A stretch of 64,000 nucleotides of DNA from Eledone cirrhosa (taxonomy: Eukaryota), in assembly GCA_964016885.1 (NCBI GenBank), contig OZ024740.1:118668001-118732000 (forward strand), in the 5' to 3' direction. The stretch's first letter is position 1. Each line of letters starts with the position of its first letter. Shown here in pieces: positions 25,401 through 38,792 of this stretch. The translations under genes were made by a program, and so were the position numbers. The notes under the pieces are model-generated. The model had not been told where the DNA came from. It did no database searches and worked only from the letters and a program-made list of their open reading frames with translations.

Positions 25401-25600
25401 TAATTTAAATAAACGGTTGTTTTTTTCAAGTTTTCATACATTCATTTGCATATTCCCACATAACTTTGAATTACCCATAATAAGTTTCCACTATCCAGCG
25501 AATTTTCGGACAGTTAATGTGTGATTTCCATGGGTAAGTCATTATTTATTAAACAAATTTTGTATTTTATCTGATGAAAGCGCACCAAGAATTGCTTGGT
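22500..25600 (+). mobile_element. Decayed Naiad-like PLE (RT + GIY-YIG pseudogene, long AT-rich 3' UTR)
   Basis: Broken frames give GIVSKHLLD, QLWNGTNEVIDWF, FIQLDI, FDITMGSSD.AQITDL, GGLYRDD, VNFLDVTLN, SNHP, KCNCR and CKLC..E..SSCKHH. Partial HHR core CTGATGA at 25571. Confidence 0.8.
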
Positions 25601-25659
25601 CATATATATAATAAAATAAATATGGTTTTATAAATATAGTTTCCATTTACTATTATCTT

Positions 25660-25661
<2 letters not shown>

Positions 25662-25722
<61 letters not shown>
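25662..25722. repeat. (TA)n microsatellite
   Basis: Direct reading. Abuts the 5'-truncated PLE that follows. Confidence 0.95.
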
Positions 25723-25724
<2 letters not shown>

Positions 25725-26800
25725 CGCGCGCGCAATCTCCGCACCCTCCTCGTCCACAGCCCCCCCCCCCGGTTCGCTTCCCTGCTCCAGGCCTCGTTGC
25801 CACACCTGCGCCCCCCCACATCGCCAACACCACCACCTTCCATGGTTCCAACGGCCACTCTCTCTCTTCGGCACACCTTCCGCTGCACCTCCTCCAACCC
25901 GGTCTATGGACTTCGGTGCACGGAGTGCAGCGCAACCTACGTCGAACAGACTGAACGTCACCTGGCGGACCATTTCACGGAACACCTCTAGGATATTCGT
26001 CTTGGTGGGAGTTCCCCGATCGCTCGCCACTTTTGCTTCCCTTGACATTCCGCCCACCATCTCACAGTCTGTAGCCTACTCCAATGCCATGGAACACCCA
26101 CCACCCGCCTCACAGTCGAACAACGCACCATCTTCACCCTCCAGACCCACACACCCCCCGGCCTGAACTCCCCACTCCTATTCCTTTAGCCTTCGACCGC
26201 CCACCCTTCCCCCCACACCTTCCCTACTAACACCACTAACACACTCCTCCTTTTCACCGCCCCGCCCCCTTGGCCCATCCCACAACTAACAACACTAACA
26301 ATACCTCCACACGCACGCACACACCGACTTACACCCCACCTCACGCACACACCGACTTACACCCCACGCACACACCTTTTTCTGATCATGGGACCTCGTT
26401 CTTCCCCCAACTCTCACATTCACACACACACGCACACACACACACACGTACACCTAGACACATACACAAACACCGCCTTCAGCCTTCCCCGCCTCCATCT
26501 CCCAACTCCACCCACCACCACCCTTACACGCCTCATACCCTTCCACCACTTTTCATTTTATTGTTTATTTTTATGTTTATTTTTATGTTTACATTTATTT
26601 TTATTTGTTCTTCTTCCCCTTTTTTTATAAATGTCTTTCCACCCTTTCTCCACACACCCTCAGAACTCTCTTCCTACCCAGTTTTCTGGCTTGTGCGAAA
26701 CGTCCCCCCCCCCCACACACACACTCTCCATAGCGTGAACCTAATAAACCTTTATTTGTCTGCGTCTCTGTTTTCGTTCCCGTCCAATTTTTCACTATAT
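25725..26800 (+). mobile_element. PLE 3' fragment (Neptune-type, C-rich subfamily), GIY-YIG pseudogene
   Basis: PCSRPRCHTC linker, FRCTSSNPVYGLRCTECSATYVEQTERHLADHFTEHL and EQRTIFTLQT..PPGLN. Flanked by (TA)n on both sides. Confidence 0.8.
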
Positions 26801-26820
26801 ATATATATATATATTTATAT

Positions 26821-26931
26821 ATAATTGTTTCTACTTTTGGCATAAGGCCAGTAATTAGATAGTACATTACTGGTACTTTATTTGAAGGACTCCGTAAGGA
26901 TGAAAGGCAAAGTTGACCTCGGCGGGATTTG
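26821..26931 (-). mobile_element. SINE family A fragment
   Basis: Reverse complement of the central and tail part of 8117-8300. Confidence 0.75.
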
Positions 26932-27029
26932 CACAATAAATTGGTGTTTGTATAAATACAGTGTGTAACCGTGACTGCAACAACATATATAAATATACAT
27001 ACATATCTACTATGTAGGCATGTAATTAT

Positions 27030-27180
27030 GGCGGCGAATTGGCAGAGTCGTTAGAACGTCAGATAGTGTATGTTGGTATCCGTCCCGGCTCTCTATATTC
27101 AAACCTCGCCGAGGTCAAAATTGCGTTTCATCTTTCAAAGTCGATAAAAAAAAAGTATTATTCTAATACAGCGGTTGATT
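27030..27180 (+). mobile_element. SINE family A, diverged copy
   Basis: GGCGGCGAATTGGCAGAGTCGTTAGAACG..TTCAAACCTCGCCGAGGTCAA..TTTCATC..GTCGATAAA. Confidence 0.65.
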
Positions 27181-27759
27181 ATTCCATTCTCTCTCTCTCT
27201 CTCTGGAACCTTGTGGGTTGTCTCTCTCTGTTAACCACTGGCAACTAATCTCTGTCTACTGAGCGATTTGACAGCATTTAGATGCTTTAACGGCTGTTCT
27301 AGCGATGACTTTTCTCATCTTTATATGCATTCAAATACACTGAAAACCTCTTGATCAAAGACAACGTTGTTTAATCTTTATAATTGCTATGTTTAGCTTT
27401 CTATTTAGGACTGACACCACAGCTTGACGTCCACTATCCCATTATTTTATTTGTTTTCTTTCGTTTTTCTATTTGTGTTGTTTGTTTTATCACACACATC
27501 ATACAACTGAAAGATTTATTGTTTCTTTTTGCAGGATCCAGCATTTTAAAATGGTACTCTCAATTAAATCGTGTGAAAGCATTTTGCTGAGTTTGAGAGC
27601 TGATGACAGTGATGAGATGTGTGTGTAAACTTGTTTTGTACGTCGCCTTTCTTTATTTACTTCTTCCTATCAGTTCTGTGTGCTAGTGCACTTCTCTTTG
27701 TCCTCCACCTCTTTGAATCTTTTCTATATTTCATTTGCCTGTCACCCACCTTGTGGAAT

Positions 27760-29960
27760 GTCTCTCTGTTGACATTTAGCTCTTTAGCGGCTGTTCTAGC
27801 GATGAATATCCTCATATGTCTCCACCACTACATCATTCCCCGAGGTTTCCGTATCTAGTTTCACCCCACCTCTTACTCCGCTCCCACCAATGAGCCCACC
27901 CTTGCCAGCCTATGCGAGTGACTATCCGATCTACTCTCGCCCAAATCCGTTCCTTCCACTGACATCTCACCAAGGCCTACCTCCAACTGCCCTCTACATA
28001 CCACGTCTCCTCGCCCAATCCCTTATCCAATTCATCCTTTACCTCAATGGCCTCCTCTTCAATTTCCTCACTTCCATCAAAAACAACAAACTTCACTCAC
28101 TCCGTTCCCCCTGCCGTCACGACCCATACTCATTTCACCTTTAACCCTAACCCCACAATCCCGTCACCCCTCCACTGAATCTGCACACGCTTTGCCTAAC
28201 CACATTAACCCCTCCAAAATCGCCACTTTCACTCCTTCACGTCCCTGCACTATAGTCACCATACCCCGGGACCTACCACTCTCCGAAGCTGAGCGCTCCT
28301 TCCTCGCCAGGGTTTGCGTTTTATACCAACCACATCAACCTGCGACGAGTTCCGCACACATGCCGAGATTAAAGCGTTCTTCCGTCGACTAAATCTCAAA
28401 GCTTTTTATCACGATACGCCATTATCGACACAGACGTTTGACTTCACTCATCTCAGTCACCGGTAATCACATTCGACGCCAAGCTCTGGCCAGTTCAGCA
28501 TCCTTCATTCCTTTGTCGATACTTGCTGACGTACTGTGAACCGGTTCCGTTTCCACCAGAATTCTCGTCGCTCTAACATTATGCGGGCTGAGTTCTCCAC
28601 TCTTCGCAAACTACGGCGTCGCGATGACACTGTCATCAAACCCGCTAACAAAGGTGCCGCCGCTGTGGTGGTTTGGAGCGTTGACATCTATAAGACTGAA
28701 GCCCTCTGCCAACTTCACGATACCCTATTTTACCGCCCTTTATCCTCCAACCCCACACCTGGCTACCAACAACTCATGTCATCCACCATTCACGTGCTCA
28801 TCTCCTCTCTCCTTTTCCCCACAGCCACCAACCTTATAGTACGCACCCCTCACACATCACCATCTACTTCCTCACCAAAATACACAAACCAAATAATCCC
28901 AGCCATCCTATCGTTTAGGCGTGCAACTGCCCCACCGAAATCCTCTCTGAATACCCTCCTCGCCCCGTTAGTCATCAACCTCCCCTCCCATATCCTCAAT
29001 ACCAATCATGCCCTTAGACTCTTTAACTCTTTCTCCTTCCCTCCTGGCCCCTCTCGCCTTCTCTTCACCCTGGACATCACCTCTCTCTACATCGTCATCC
29101 CTCATGATGACGGCCGTTTGGCGGACCGTTTTGCGGAACTTTGAGGGAGATACGACTCCGTTTGGATACAGCCGTCGCCCGTCATTTCGGTTCTCCTGGT
29201 CACTCTTCCCTACATCTCTCAGTCCTGGGTGTCCTTTTACATCACGTATCACCGGCCTCACGCATCAGGACTGAATAGAGTTTGATTTACCGCCGTGGGT
29301 CCTGTTTCCCCCATGGACTCAGCTCCCTTCCCAAATTTCTTCAATAACTCGTCCGTTATCACACACGCGCTTGTACATTCACACCTAAATTCCTATGGCT
29401 CTCTTATGGTCAGAAACATATACTCTTACAACTAATACAGATCAACAAAATACGCACATTCCACAGTTCTGAATACACACACACACACCCTTATATTAAC
29501 ATACATTTGCTCATAGCTTCGTACTTACAAGCAAACACACTCTTTTTCTTACATATACACACATATATCCTCTTAGCTTCGTACGGAAGTATAATAACGC
29601 ACATAAGCACGCGTGCGTGCATACACACGCGCACAAGTATTGCTATTTATACAAGACAGTTGTTTTCCCCATTTCGAGTAGACGCCCTCCATCATCCACT
29701 TTTCTAAAAAAATATATGATACACAAAACTCCAGGATCAAGTTTTCCAGGAATGGACCTGTTATTTTTCCAAAAAAACATTTTTTATCTAATTCCACCCC
29801 GCCCGTCCCTTCAAACTTTCTAATTTCTCATGCTTTCTTCTGATGAAGTACTAGCGTCCGAAACGTTAAGACGCTCTTCCTGCTATTTCAAACATTAACC
29901 TAATATATTCCTTCCATATACTGTACCGATTGTGTTGTTATTTCTATTTACACCCACCCA
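27760..29960 (+). mobile_element. Internally deleted PLE (Neptune-type, C-rich subfamily)
   Basis: CLHHYIIPRGFR, LPLSEAERSFLAR, DDTVIKPANKG and FTLDITSLY.VIPHDDG, fused directly to GIY-YIG RLADRFAE. HHR at 29836. Confidence 0.8.
29836..29871 (+). ncRNA. Minimal type-I hammerhead ribozyme at the PLE 3' end
   Basis: UCUU-CUGAUGA-A-GUAC-UAGC-GUCC-GAAA-CG-UU-AAGA. Confidence 0.72.
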
Positions 29961-30595
29961 CCCTCTCACGCGCGCGCGACAAAGAAATAAGTCACCAAAT
30001 TCAACAGTTGATAAATTATTTATTTGATCTACACGTGTTTCATTCCCTTTAAATATTAGTCACAATATCCTTATAAAGAAATGGTCAGGATCAATTATAT
30101 GTATAACATATTAAAGAGTGTTTAATTACCGATCAATGTATTTCTTAATCGCATTTTTCAGCCGTAAATTATAACATTACGTTTTAATTCATTATACGCA
30201 TAATTTAGACTTTTAATCATCTGAAATCTTTACATATATATATAATTATATATAAATAAATAAAACGTCAATAGCATTGAATGGAAGAAAAACTTATTAT
30301 TATTGATGATATGGTATAAGTATCTGGTTTGATACAGTCATCTGAAATCAAATTGGCTGGAACCTTTGGTGAAAACTGAGGCACACTTAAGTAACTATGA
30401 TGATGAAATCCATATATAGAGGTATACACATTTGTACAATAATCATTATCAACATCATTTTGTATGGGTTGTCATGTTCCATGACTGGACATATCAGAGA
30501 GACCTCCTATGTTCTTTACAGGGCTGCTCTGTTCTTTGAGGACACATCTTGATAGCTTTTCCAACTTGTTCTAATTATCATTTCTTTTCAGATAA

Positions 30596-31623
30596 ATGAT
30601 GACAGGCATCACGCTAGCTCAGCAAATGAAAAGACATGCTGTAATTTTAGCCTTAATAGCAGATCATAATGATTTTGTGATTGCTCGGCTCCTAAACGTT
30701 GCACACTCATGCGTAGTTGAATTTTGCATAGAGCAAGAAGCCACTGACGGGGATTGTACAGCAGTTGCCAAACAAAAACTGACTGATAATGGTCTTAAAA
30801 TTATTAGAACACCCAAATGTGTACCAAAGATGTGGAAAACGCTTGAGAAGAACTTCAGAACGTCAATTAGTGCTATTGCTAAGGAACTCAATGTTTTGGT
30901 CCACACTATCAGAAGAATTGTTTATGAGGACCTTCGATATAAGTCATATGTGAGGCGAAGAGAAAAATCCAGGTCTGTAAAGACAAAATATAACAATCTG
31001 ATACGTGTAACGTGCTTGCGGATCAAGCCAAAACAACGAGAGACTACAATCGTTTGTTTTTTCTCTGATGAGAAAAACTTTGATCAGAACCAAAATGTCA
31101 ACCGAAGGACTTACAGATGGTTTGGCAGACCCTAAAGGTGTTCCAACGGTCAAGCACATAGTTTCAACAGCTGTAATTTGTTCTGGGAATCATGGACAGT
31201 GAGGGAACTGTCATGCCTCCTTACTTCTTTCGTCAGGGTTTAAAGGTCAATGTTGCTGATATAAGTAGGCGTTGAAGAGGGTTGTGAGGTCTTGGATAGA
31301 GTGCATGAGGAAATAAAGACCATACAATAAGACTCATAAGACCAAGATGACCCAAGCCTGGAAGAAATACAGTCCCCACGATCACATGATTCCAAGCATA
31401 TGACCTCTTAGCTCTCCACACTTGAATCCATTGGACTGCCAGTCATGAAGCATAGTTAAGAGGAAAGACAATAAAAGACCCCATAAAAAATTATAAAAAG
31501 ATGAAGTCTGCCATAACTAATGTATTGTCCGAAATAGATAACGATCATCTGATTCGGGCCTGTCACAATTTCAAAACTCGTTTTAAAGCAGTCATCGTTG
31601 CTAAAGGTGGATTCCTTGAGTAG
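30596..31623 (+). mobile_element. Tc1/mariner-superfamily (DD37D/maT-like) transposase pseudogene
   Basis: HTH SISAIAKELNV..HTIRRIVYEDLRYKSY, FFSDEKNFDQ.QNVNRR..RW, a degenerate SSPHLNPLD motif, and a VIVAKGGFLE* end. Confidence 0.75.
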
Positions 31624-32254
31624 ATGTATCAAGAAGAGTATATGGTAATTCTTTTCCCAAATAATATGGAGTGGCTAGCATGTGGACCCCATTTGCTTAT
31701 AATAGTGAGAGATGGAGGCAGTGACAATTGGAATTTGATTCTTTTATATTCAGTCCTTGTGAGGAATTGTTTGTTTCAGTGTACATGTAAATATATATAT
31801 ACAACTGAACTTGATGTAAGTAAACAGGTTACAAAGGCATCAATGCTGGATGTCATAGCAATTCTAAAGGTCCTATCACAGCCAGCTTTGATTAGCCTTG
31901 TGTCCTGCCAGTCATCTATGCTACATTTGGCTCCATTCCACACGAATATTTGTAGATTTTGTTTTATAGCGTTTCAAGACAAAGAAAGAACAATTTATCT
32001 TTCACTGCCATTTCTGATACCGATCAAGTGTTTATGAATGTGCTGCTAAATTGATTTTTCATATCACAGCCAGATTTTATGAGCTGGTTATAGGTTGCTT
32101 CTTTGCTCTGCTAGCTTTAAACCTTTTTCTTTCTTCTATGTTTGTGGCAATAGCCTTTGTTCAGCTTTATTATAGAAAAAATTACTTTTGTCCTATGTTG
32201 TATCTCATCAAATGGTGGGATATGCTAACAATACGCTGTATCACAGCTATATAT

Positions 32255-32310
32255 ATCATCATCATCATCATCATCACGGTTTTACGTCCGTTCTTCCACG
32301 CTAGCATGGG

Positions 32311-32312
<2 letters not shown>
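32255..32312 (-). mobile_element. RTE LINE 3' terminus fragment
   Basis: Reverse complement of AACCCATGCTAGCGTGGAAGAACGGACGTAAAAC..(GAT)n. Confidence 0.8.
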
Positions 32313-32360
<48 letters not shown>

Positions 32361-32371
<11 letters not shown>

Positions 32372-32720
32372 AAAGATAAAGGAAATCAACAAACCAAACA
32401 ACACAATACAATGATGAATTATATTTAACGCTTGGTATAGTAGGAAAAGAGTCTTCATTTTGAACACTAGTCCTTCATCAGAAGTTACAATTAGAAATAA
32501 AGATGAAATAGAAAGATAGAGAGTGAGATGAGGAAGGAATGGAAAAAATAATAGTAGTAATAATATTTCCTGAGAGAATTTTGGACAGTCCTCAAACACG
32601 TTCCAGAGGCTCCTATCAGAAGTAACCCTCTCCAGATGATAATGTAGGATTCCCAAATGAGACCAACTAAGCTTATGGATGTTATCCAACTATCGTTCCC
32701 TTACAATCTGTCCTATGATT
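32361..32720 (-). mobile_element. PLE terminus related to 29700-29960, with decayed HHR at 32451-32484
   Basis: Minus strand CUU-CUGAUGA-AGGAC-UAGU-GUUC-AAAA-UG-AAGAC. Flanks resemble those of the 29836 HHR. Ends at (TA)n. Confidence 0.55.
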
Positions 32721-32849
32721 CTTCCTTAAACATTCTAACTATATGTCCATAGTACTAGAGCTGTGATCTCTACTTGTAGTGACTACTAATCTCCAATGTT
32801 ACGTGCCCTTTTGAATAATGTTACTCAGAAAACACTTTTGAGGAAATGT

Positions 32850-33270
32850 TTTTCAGCTACTTGTATTTGTGACCATATTCTTTGATCATTACCCAATATT
32901 CATGACCATAGGTAAGAGTAGGCACAAACACTGAATTGAAGATAACATGTTTGGTTTTGTCATCTATTTCATTTCTACTGAAGATTGAGTAATGAAACTG
33001 GCATATTATTGTACCAGCTCCAGCAATTCTTGCATTCAATTCAACCCCCTATGTTCAATCACTCAAGAAAACAATCCCATATACCTGAATATCTTGACCT
33101 GCTTCAGTGTAACTCTATTCACATGCAGAATGCACTGAACAGGCTTTCTTGAGATGACAAATCTCTCAGTCTTCATAACATTCTTGGTGTGCAGCACTCA
33201 GAAACAAACCTACACTTGCTGGTTTTTCCACTGCTTTCAGCCAGCTGTGCACGGCAATCGTATACTGTGC
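32850..33270 (-). mobile_element. RTE-clade (Rex3/Expander-like) LINE fragment
   Basis: NARIAGAG..KHVIFNSVFVPTLTYGHEYWVM, preceded by QVKIFRYMG. Confidence 0.65.
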
Positions 33271-34739
33271 ATGTATACTTAACAACTATTTAATTAGCTT
33301 GTAGTACTTAGATAAACTCCAGTACTGAGCCTGTTGAATTTCTATGTATAGACACACATGACATCATAAAACCACATGCTTCAACATTTCATACATATAA
33401 CTGAATTTGTAGTACTATAAACGAATGTTTTTATTCAGATTGTTTTTATTTAATGCTTAGATAAAATAACTAATTTTGATTTTCTTTGTTTTACTTCCCC
33501 ATTATTTGGTTATCTTAATTAGTTTATGAACGTTTGTAAATTACTAAAACATTTGAATTTGCTAAATGACACAAAATATTATTGGTTGCTACTTGTAAAG
33601 GTTCGGATACAAAATAGCCTAGCCAACTAATTAATAACACTAGAAAAGTAAAACTCTCTGTCTGTTATGGTAGCAAAGTGAACAGTTTTAATAGATTATT
33701 AGATTAGTTTTTATATTTAGTACCAATGTAAAGAAAATGATTGTATGAGAGGGTAAAAATATTTCATATTTGAATGCAACCATTATTGGTTTTATTTGAG
33801 TTATTTTTCTGAACTATTTCTGAACTATTGACATCTAACTGCTAGCCCTGAATACAAGTGTGACCTTTGCTATGAGATTTAATTCTAAATATGTAAAGTA
33901 CTTGATTTGTAAATAATTTCATCTGAATTATTCATTCCTTTGTGTGTTTAGATAAAACTAAATATAACAATGTTATTCATGATGCAGTGTGTAGTGTGTT
34001 GAACTATATGATTTATAGTGTTTAATTTGGTATCTTGCATTTCTAACTTCAAATCTGTCTTGGTTAAAATGTGTCTTCATCCCATCCCAGAATGTCATTT
34101 TAATTGACTATATGAACTTCTATTGTAAGCAGTGGTATGCTAAACTGAATACTCTTGAATATTTTGTTCTATCTCTCTCACTCCTAAATCTTGAGTTCAA
34201 AGCACACTTCAGTAGACCTTTTTTTTAATACTCTGAAATCATGAAATAATAATAGAAACATGAAGTGATTGATATAATCAACTGTGTCCATTTATCCTCA
34301 AATATGACTTTGTATCTTGTCAAAATTGTTAATATTTAAAGAAACGTTTGGTTTACATAGGTTGGTATATCTGAAAAATTAAATGCTTGAAAGTAGAGCT
34401 TACAATTAAACTAAGAAGCTAGAATAGTTGTTTAGGCTTCAATCGGAGAAATATACTGACTGTGGGAAGATGGCGTTGTGCTTTACTGCAGTTCTCAATC
34501 AAAAGAAATTACTATATTGCACTGAGCAGAGCCTATTTTTGTACACCTGTTCCTCAATAAATAGTACTGAGATATACTTGTAAAGAAAGTATAGGACCTG
34601 GAAGATGCACAAGGTATACATGAGAAGGAATCTGATTGCATTTTCCAGGATAAATAATTTGTCGAAAAAAGAATTTCCAAAATTGCTAGGTTAAGAAACA
34701 TATGATGAATAAACTGCAGAAAGTAACAACTACTAACTC

Positions 34740-35100
34740 TATATGAAGCTACTTTTACATCTAGCATGGTGTTGCTACTATATAAGCAGAAGGCTGCATC
34801 AATATTCTATTGATTGGCATAAATCACTTACCCTCACACTCCAATCTCTGTCACAGTAACTTCTGCTCTCAGAACTGGTTGGTTTCATGACACTTTTGAT
34901 TATCTCCCTTCAACTCGCCCCCCCCCCATCTAATATTTCACATTGTGCACACTATCCCAAGTGCCTTGCTAACCACTATACCTAGTCCTTATTCCACAGA
35001 TGTTGGTCCACTAGAATTCCTACCTTGCATATTATATTTTTTTGTAGCCATTCACTTGCATCTTTTCAAAAGGAATATTAACCATTTCCATCTTTCCAAT
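34740..35100 (+). mobile_element. CR1-like LINE 3' remnant
   Basis: Degenerate NHY..SLF.R..NSLP..L.LFKRNIN C-terminal pattern. Confidence 0.35.
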
Positions 35101-35820
35101 GTCAGCGTGCTTGAAAAAACAATGGCAACAGCACCTTTTTCCAGACTAAACCCATAAAAACAATTAACTAATTAGATATATCTGAGATGTAGTAGAAATA
35201 AATAACGTTCCCCACATTATCTAATATCCTAACAATTCACATTCTGTGGATACATAGTGTATACCTCATATTGTGTATGCACCAAATCTGATCAGTTTTA
35301 TTAATCTAACATGGGGATGCAAAAGTAATAAGGTTTTTATGGGTACATGCTACTGTTAAAGAAGGAGTTAGCCCAGCAGGCCCCCTGAAAGGTTTCATGC
35401 TCTTTATGGTTTCCTTCTTGAAGCAATGTTTTATGGTTGTGTGCCCTTCCTGGTACAAACTCCTTTAGTCCCTTCTTACAACATGCTACAGTGTAGCTAT
35501 TTGAAATCATATACACTCAGCACAATCTGTCATGGGAATAATACTAGCAAAATACTTTGATAAATATGATTGCTTCAGAAAACACAGTCATACAGGCTGC
35601 ATAACTGAAACAATTTCCACTTAATAACTTCTTCAGTTATCACATGAGATGGCTGTTAAAGTGGAAAATTAAATTCTATCAAAGGTAGATGAAGCTATTA
35701 CATTTGACCAGGTTAGAATTTCATCTGTATGCTGGATTGAGTAAAGAATATATTTTATGGGGAGAAGGGGGTGGGGTAGAATCAAGATTTGGATGTGCCT
35801 TTCTTTTTCATTATTTTATT

Positions 35821-36005
35821 CGGTGAATTGGCAGTATTGGTAGAGGGTCAAACATGCTTTCCAGCGTAGTTACGTCCTTTTACGATCTGAGTTCAAATCC
35901 CGCTGAGGTTAACTTTGACTTTCATCCTTTCAGGGTCGATAAAATAAAGTACCAGTAATGTACTAGGTAATTGCTGGCCTTGTGCCAAAAGTAGAAACAA
36001 TTATT
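35821..36005 (+). mobile_element. SINE family A
   Basis: Close match to 8117-8300. Confidence 0.85.
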
Positions 36006-38124
36006 TTATTCATCTATTATTTTTTATATTTATTTCATTCACTACATTATACATAAATTTATCAAATTAACATAATACCCGATTCTCTGACTTCCTTGTT
36101 GTGTCTTGTTTCGATGCAACTATAGAAATTATTATTATTGGAATAGCAATACATACATATTCACATAAACATACATAGTAAAAAAGTTTATAGCACATTG
36201 GCCCAATGATAAAATAAAAAAGCATGGTAATGCATTGTTGAGTTATATAGGAAAAGTTTGAAAACGTAACTTTTCTTTTAAATCATAACTGAAGAAAACT
36301 GTTTATTGCAAGTATACTGTTGACAAGATGGAAGCCATTGAAAGCTAAGAAATTTTAATAGTAATCGAAGTAGAAAAGAGAATAGAAAAAACAGCAGGAC
36401 ATAATACGAAAGCCGCAAGGAAGAAAAAGAAGAAAAATACTTGGAATATATGAAAGAACTCCATGAAGTAATATTTACCCAGTCAAGTATTACCATTTAT
36501 CCCATTAGTTCATTGGGAACAAATAGTTGTATACACTTGAATTAACAAGCATACTCACCAAGTTTTAGATATGCCAGACAATGAAGTGAAAGTAGGTACT
36601 TTGTAGGTTTCTAAAAATTAGTGAAGAATTTCAAAACAATGGCAGATGCAATAGAACAGGCAAGAGAAGTGGTGAAAGCATGAAAGATTTACTTCAATCC
36701 CTTAAATATAACTGGTGAATATCTATGACAATTACTCATCTATCCTGTGATATTATATAGGGATATATATTAAATAATGTTTAATTTTTTTTATTTCGAT
36801 AGTAATGAAAAGTGGAGAGAAGTAAGAAATATTCTATATTGAATTCTCTGAGAAGAAATTTCCAAGAATCTCAGTCTTTCTATATTTGTGTCGTGATTCT
36901 GTAATTGTTCACTTTACTATCTATCGTGAGCACATCATATGAGTGCGAGGCTTTTTTTACATATATTTCTTTTGTTTCTTCAATTTGTTTGATGATTTTT
37001 CTTGCTCTAAACTATTCTAGATATTTAATATTTCCTTGTATTTTTTCTTTGATGTTATACTTCACGATTTTCTTGATCTATCTTCTCACATGATATTAAG
37101 TTCTCTGTTGTTTCTATTTCATTAGTTGACAAATACAGAAATAAGAAACCTTCAGGTGCATGAGAGGCTGCTGAGAGCTTTGAAACTTTTTATTAAGAGT
37201 TTCGTGACCATATCTCTAATGAAACAAACTCTATTTCAACTAATTCATGACACATTTTAAGGGATTTACTAAAATTGTAAATTTGTTCCATTATCAAGAT
37301 ATCTTAACATCTTAACAAGGGTCTTATACAAAATTATGTTGGAAGATTTTAATTTAAATAGGGAACCTTTAAAATGGAAAGCAGATGATGATCATAATAT
37401 CCATATTTTCTATTGGAATAAAAATATGAAAAGAATTTTTCTGACTATTATTTGTGATATTTGATAATGTTATCAGGTAAAGCTATTTTTTTATTTAAAA
37501 TAATTTGATAAATAACTAGTTCCATAAGAAGTAGTCACTTCACTATCAAAATCATTGACAAAAATGCAGCACTTGATACTACAACAATAAGTATGAAGCA
37601 ATGAAGAGTATCATAGTAATGTACTTGCATACAATTTTGCAACAACTAAAATCATACAAACAACAATTGTAAGAAGGCAGTAAGAAGACCAATGCAAAAC
37701 ATGATTGGTATAAATTGTTTTGTTTTTGTTATCAACTAATCAGATATATACATATGTTACACATACACACGCAAATATTTTAAAGAAATAAGATACATTT
37801 TTTTAAGGACATTACAAATAAGTGCTATGCAAACATGACTGGAATGAAATGAATTGATTATGTTTTATTACAAGTTTTAGGTTTAAATAATTAGCTTCAA
37901 TTCATGAAAAAGCTGTTTTTGTCCACAGAGAATACACATTCATCATTATAACATTGTTTTACTCAAAACATATATACATAATTTACAAGGAACATAATAC
38001 ACACATATTGGCATTTATGTAATAAGATTAACATAAATAAGTTCATCTACTAACTAATGAGGGTATCTGTGTATTACTCCAGCATGAATGCCTTTTGACT
38101 AGAATATATAATATTACTGTTTGA

Positions 38125-38380
38125 ATCATCATCTTCATCATTATTTAATATCCATTTTTCCATACTAGAATGGGTTAGACAAGTTGTCCCACTGTGAGAC
38201 AATCAGATCAGATGACTGTGTCTTACTCATACAGAACTGTTTCTGGTGTGGTTTCTATGGCTGGATGCCTTTCTTAATGCCAGCCATATTTCCAGTGCGG
38301 ACTGGGTGATTTTTTTGGGTGGTGACACCTACATGACTACTTTACAGTATAGACTGGATGTTTTTTGTCATGACACACCC
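38125..38380 (-). mobile_element. RTE LINE 3' UTR fragment, diverged
   Basis: (ATC)n..CCATACTAGAATGGGTTAGA..GCTGGATGCCTTTCTTAATGCC, homologous to 41803-42060. Confidence 0.65.
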
Positions 38381-38792
38381 AAATTCTTTATATATACACT
38401 AACAAAATATAACTTTAGATCAGTTTGACAATCTCCATCCATAAATGCAAGAAAGTTCTCCAGAGAGTTAACAAGGATTTTTAAAAAACTTTCCACCGAA
38501 GTTAATAAAGGACTTATTAGATCTACATAGCAAAATTGTAAAATTATAAAATTAAATTATTATAGATCACCAATTACAAGTGAAGAAATTAGTTTCCTTT
38601 TTTTGAATATATCGAGAATCTCATGCATTTTCTACTATATATATATATATGTATATATATGAATTTTTGAACCAACCAACCAGAAAATTGTAATTAGTTG
38701 AAGTGAAATCCAAACAGGTGTATGTGTTTTTATTGGCAGCATGACTTTTCCAAAATATATATATTTTAAAATAAATATGTTTCTGGTCATTA

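Noticed and set aside
26655-26710. GCGAAACGTC at a PLE 3' end as a hammerhead
   Set aside because: No recognisable CUGANGA or stem I. At best a fully decayed relic.
31066-31076. CTGATGA in the transposase relic (similar hits near 27600 and 52673)
   Set aside because: Encodes SDEK or occurs by chance. No stem II/GAAA/stem I architecture.
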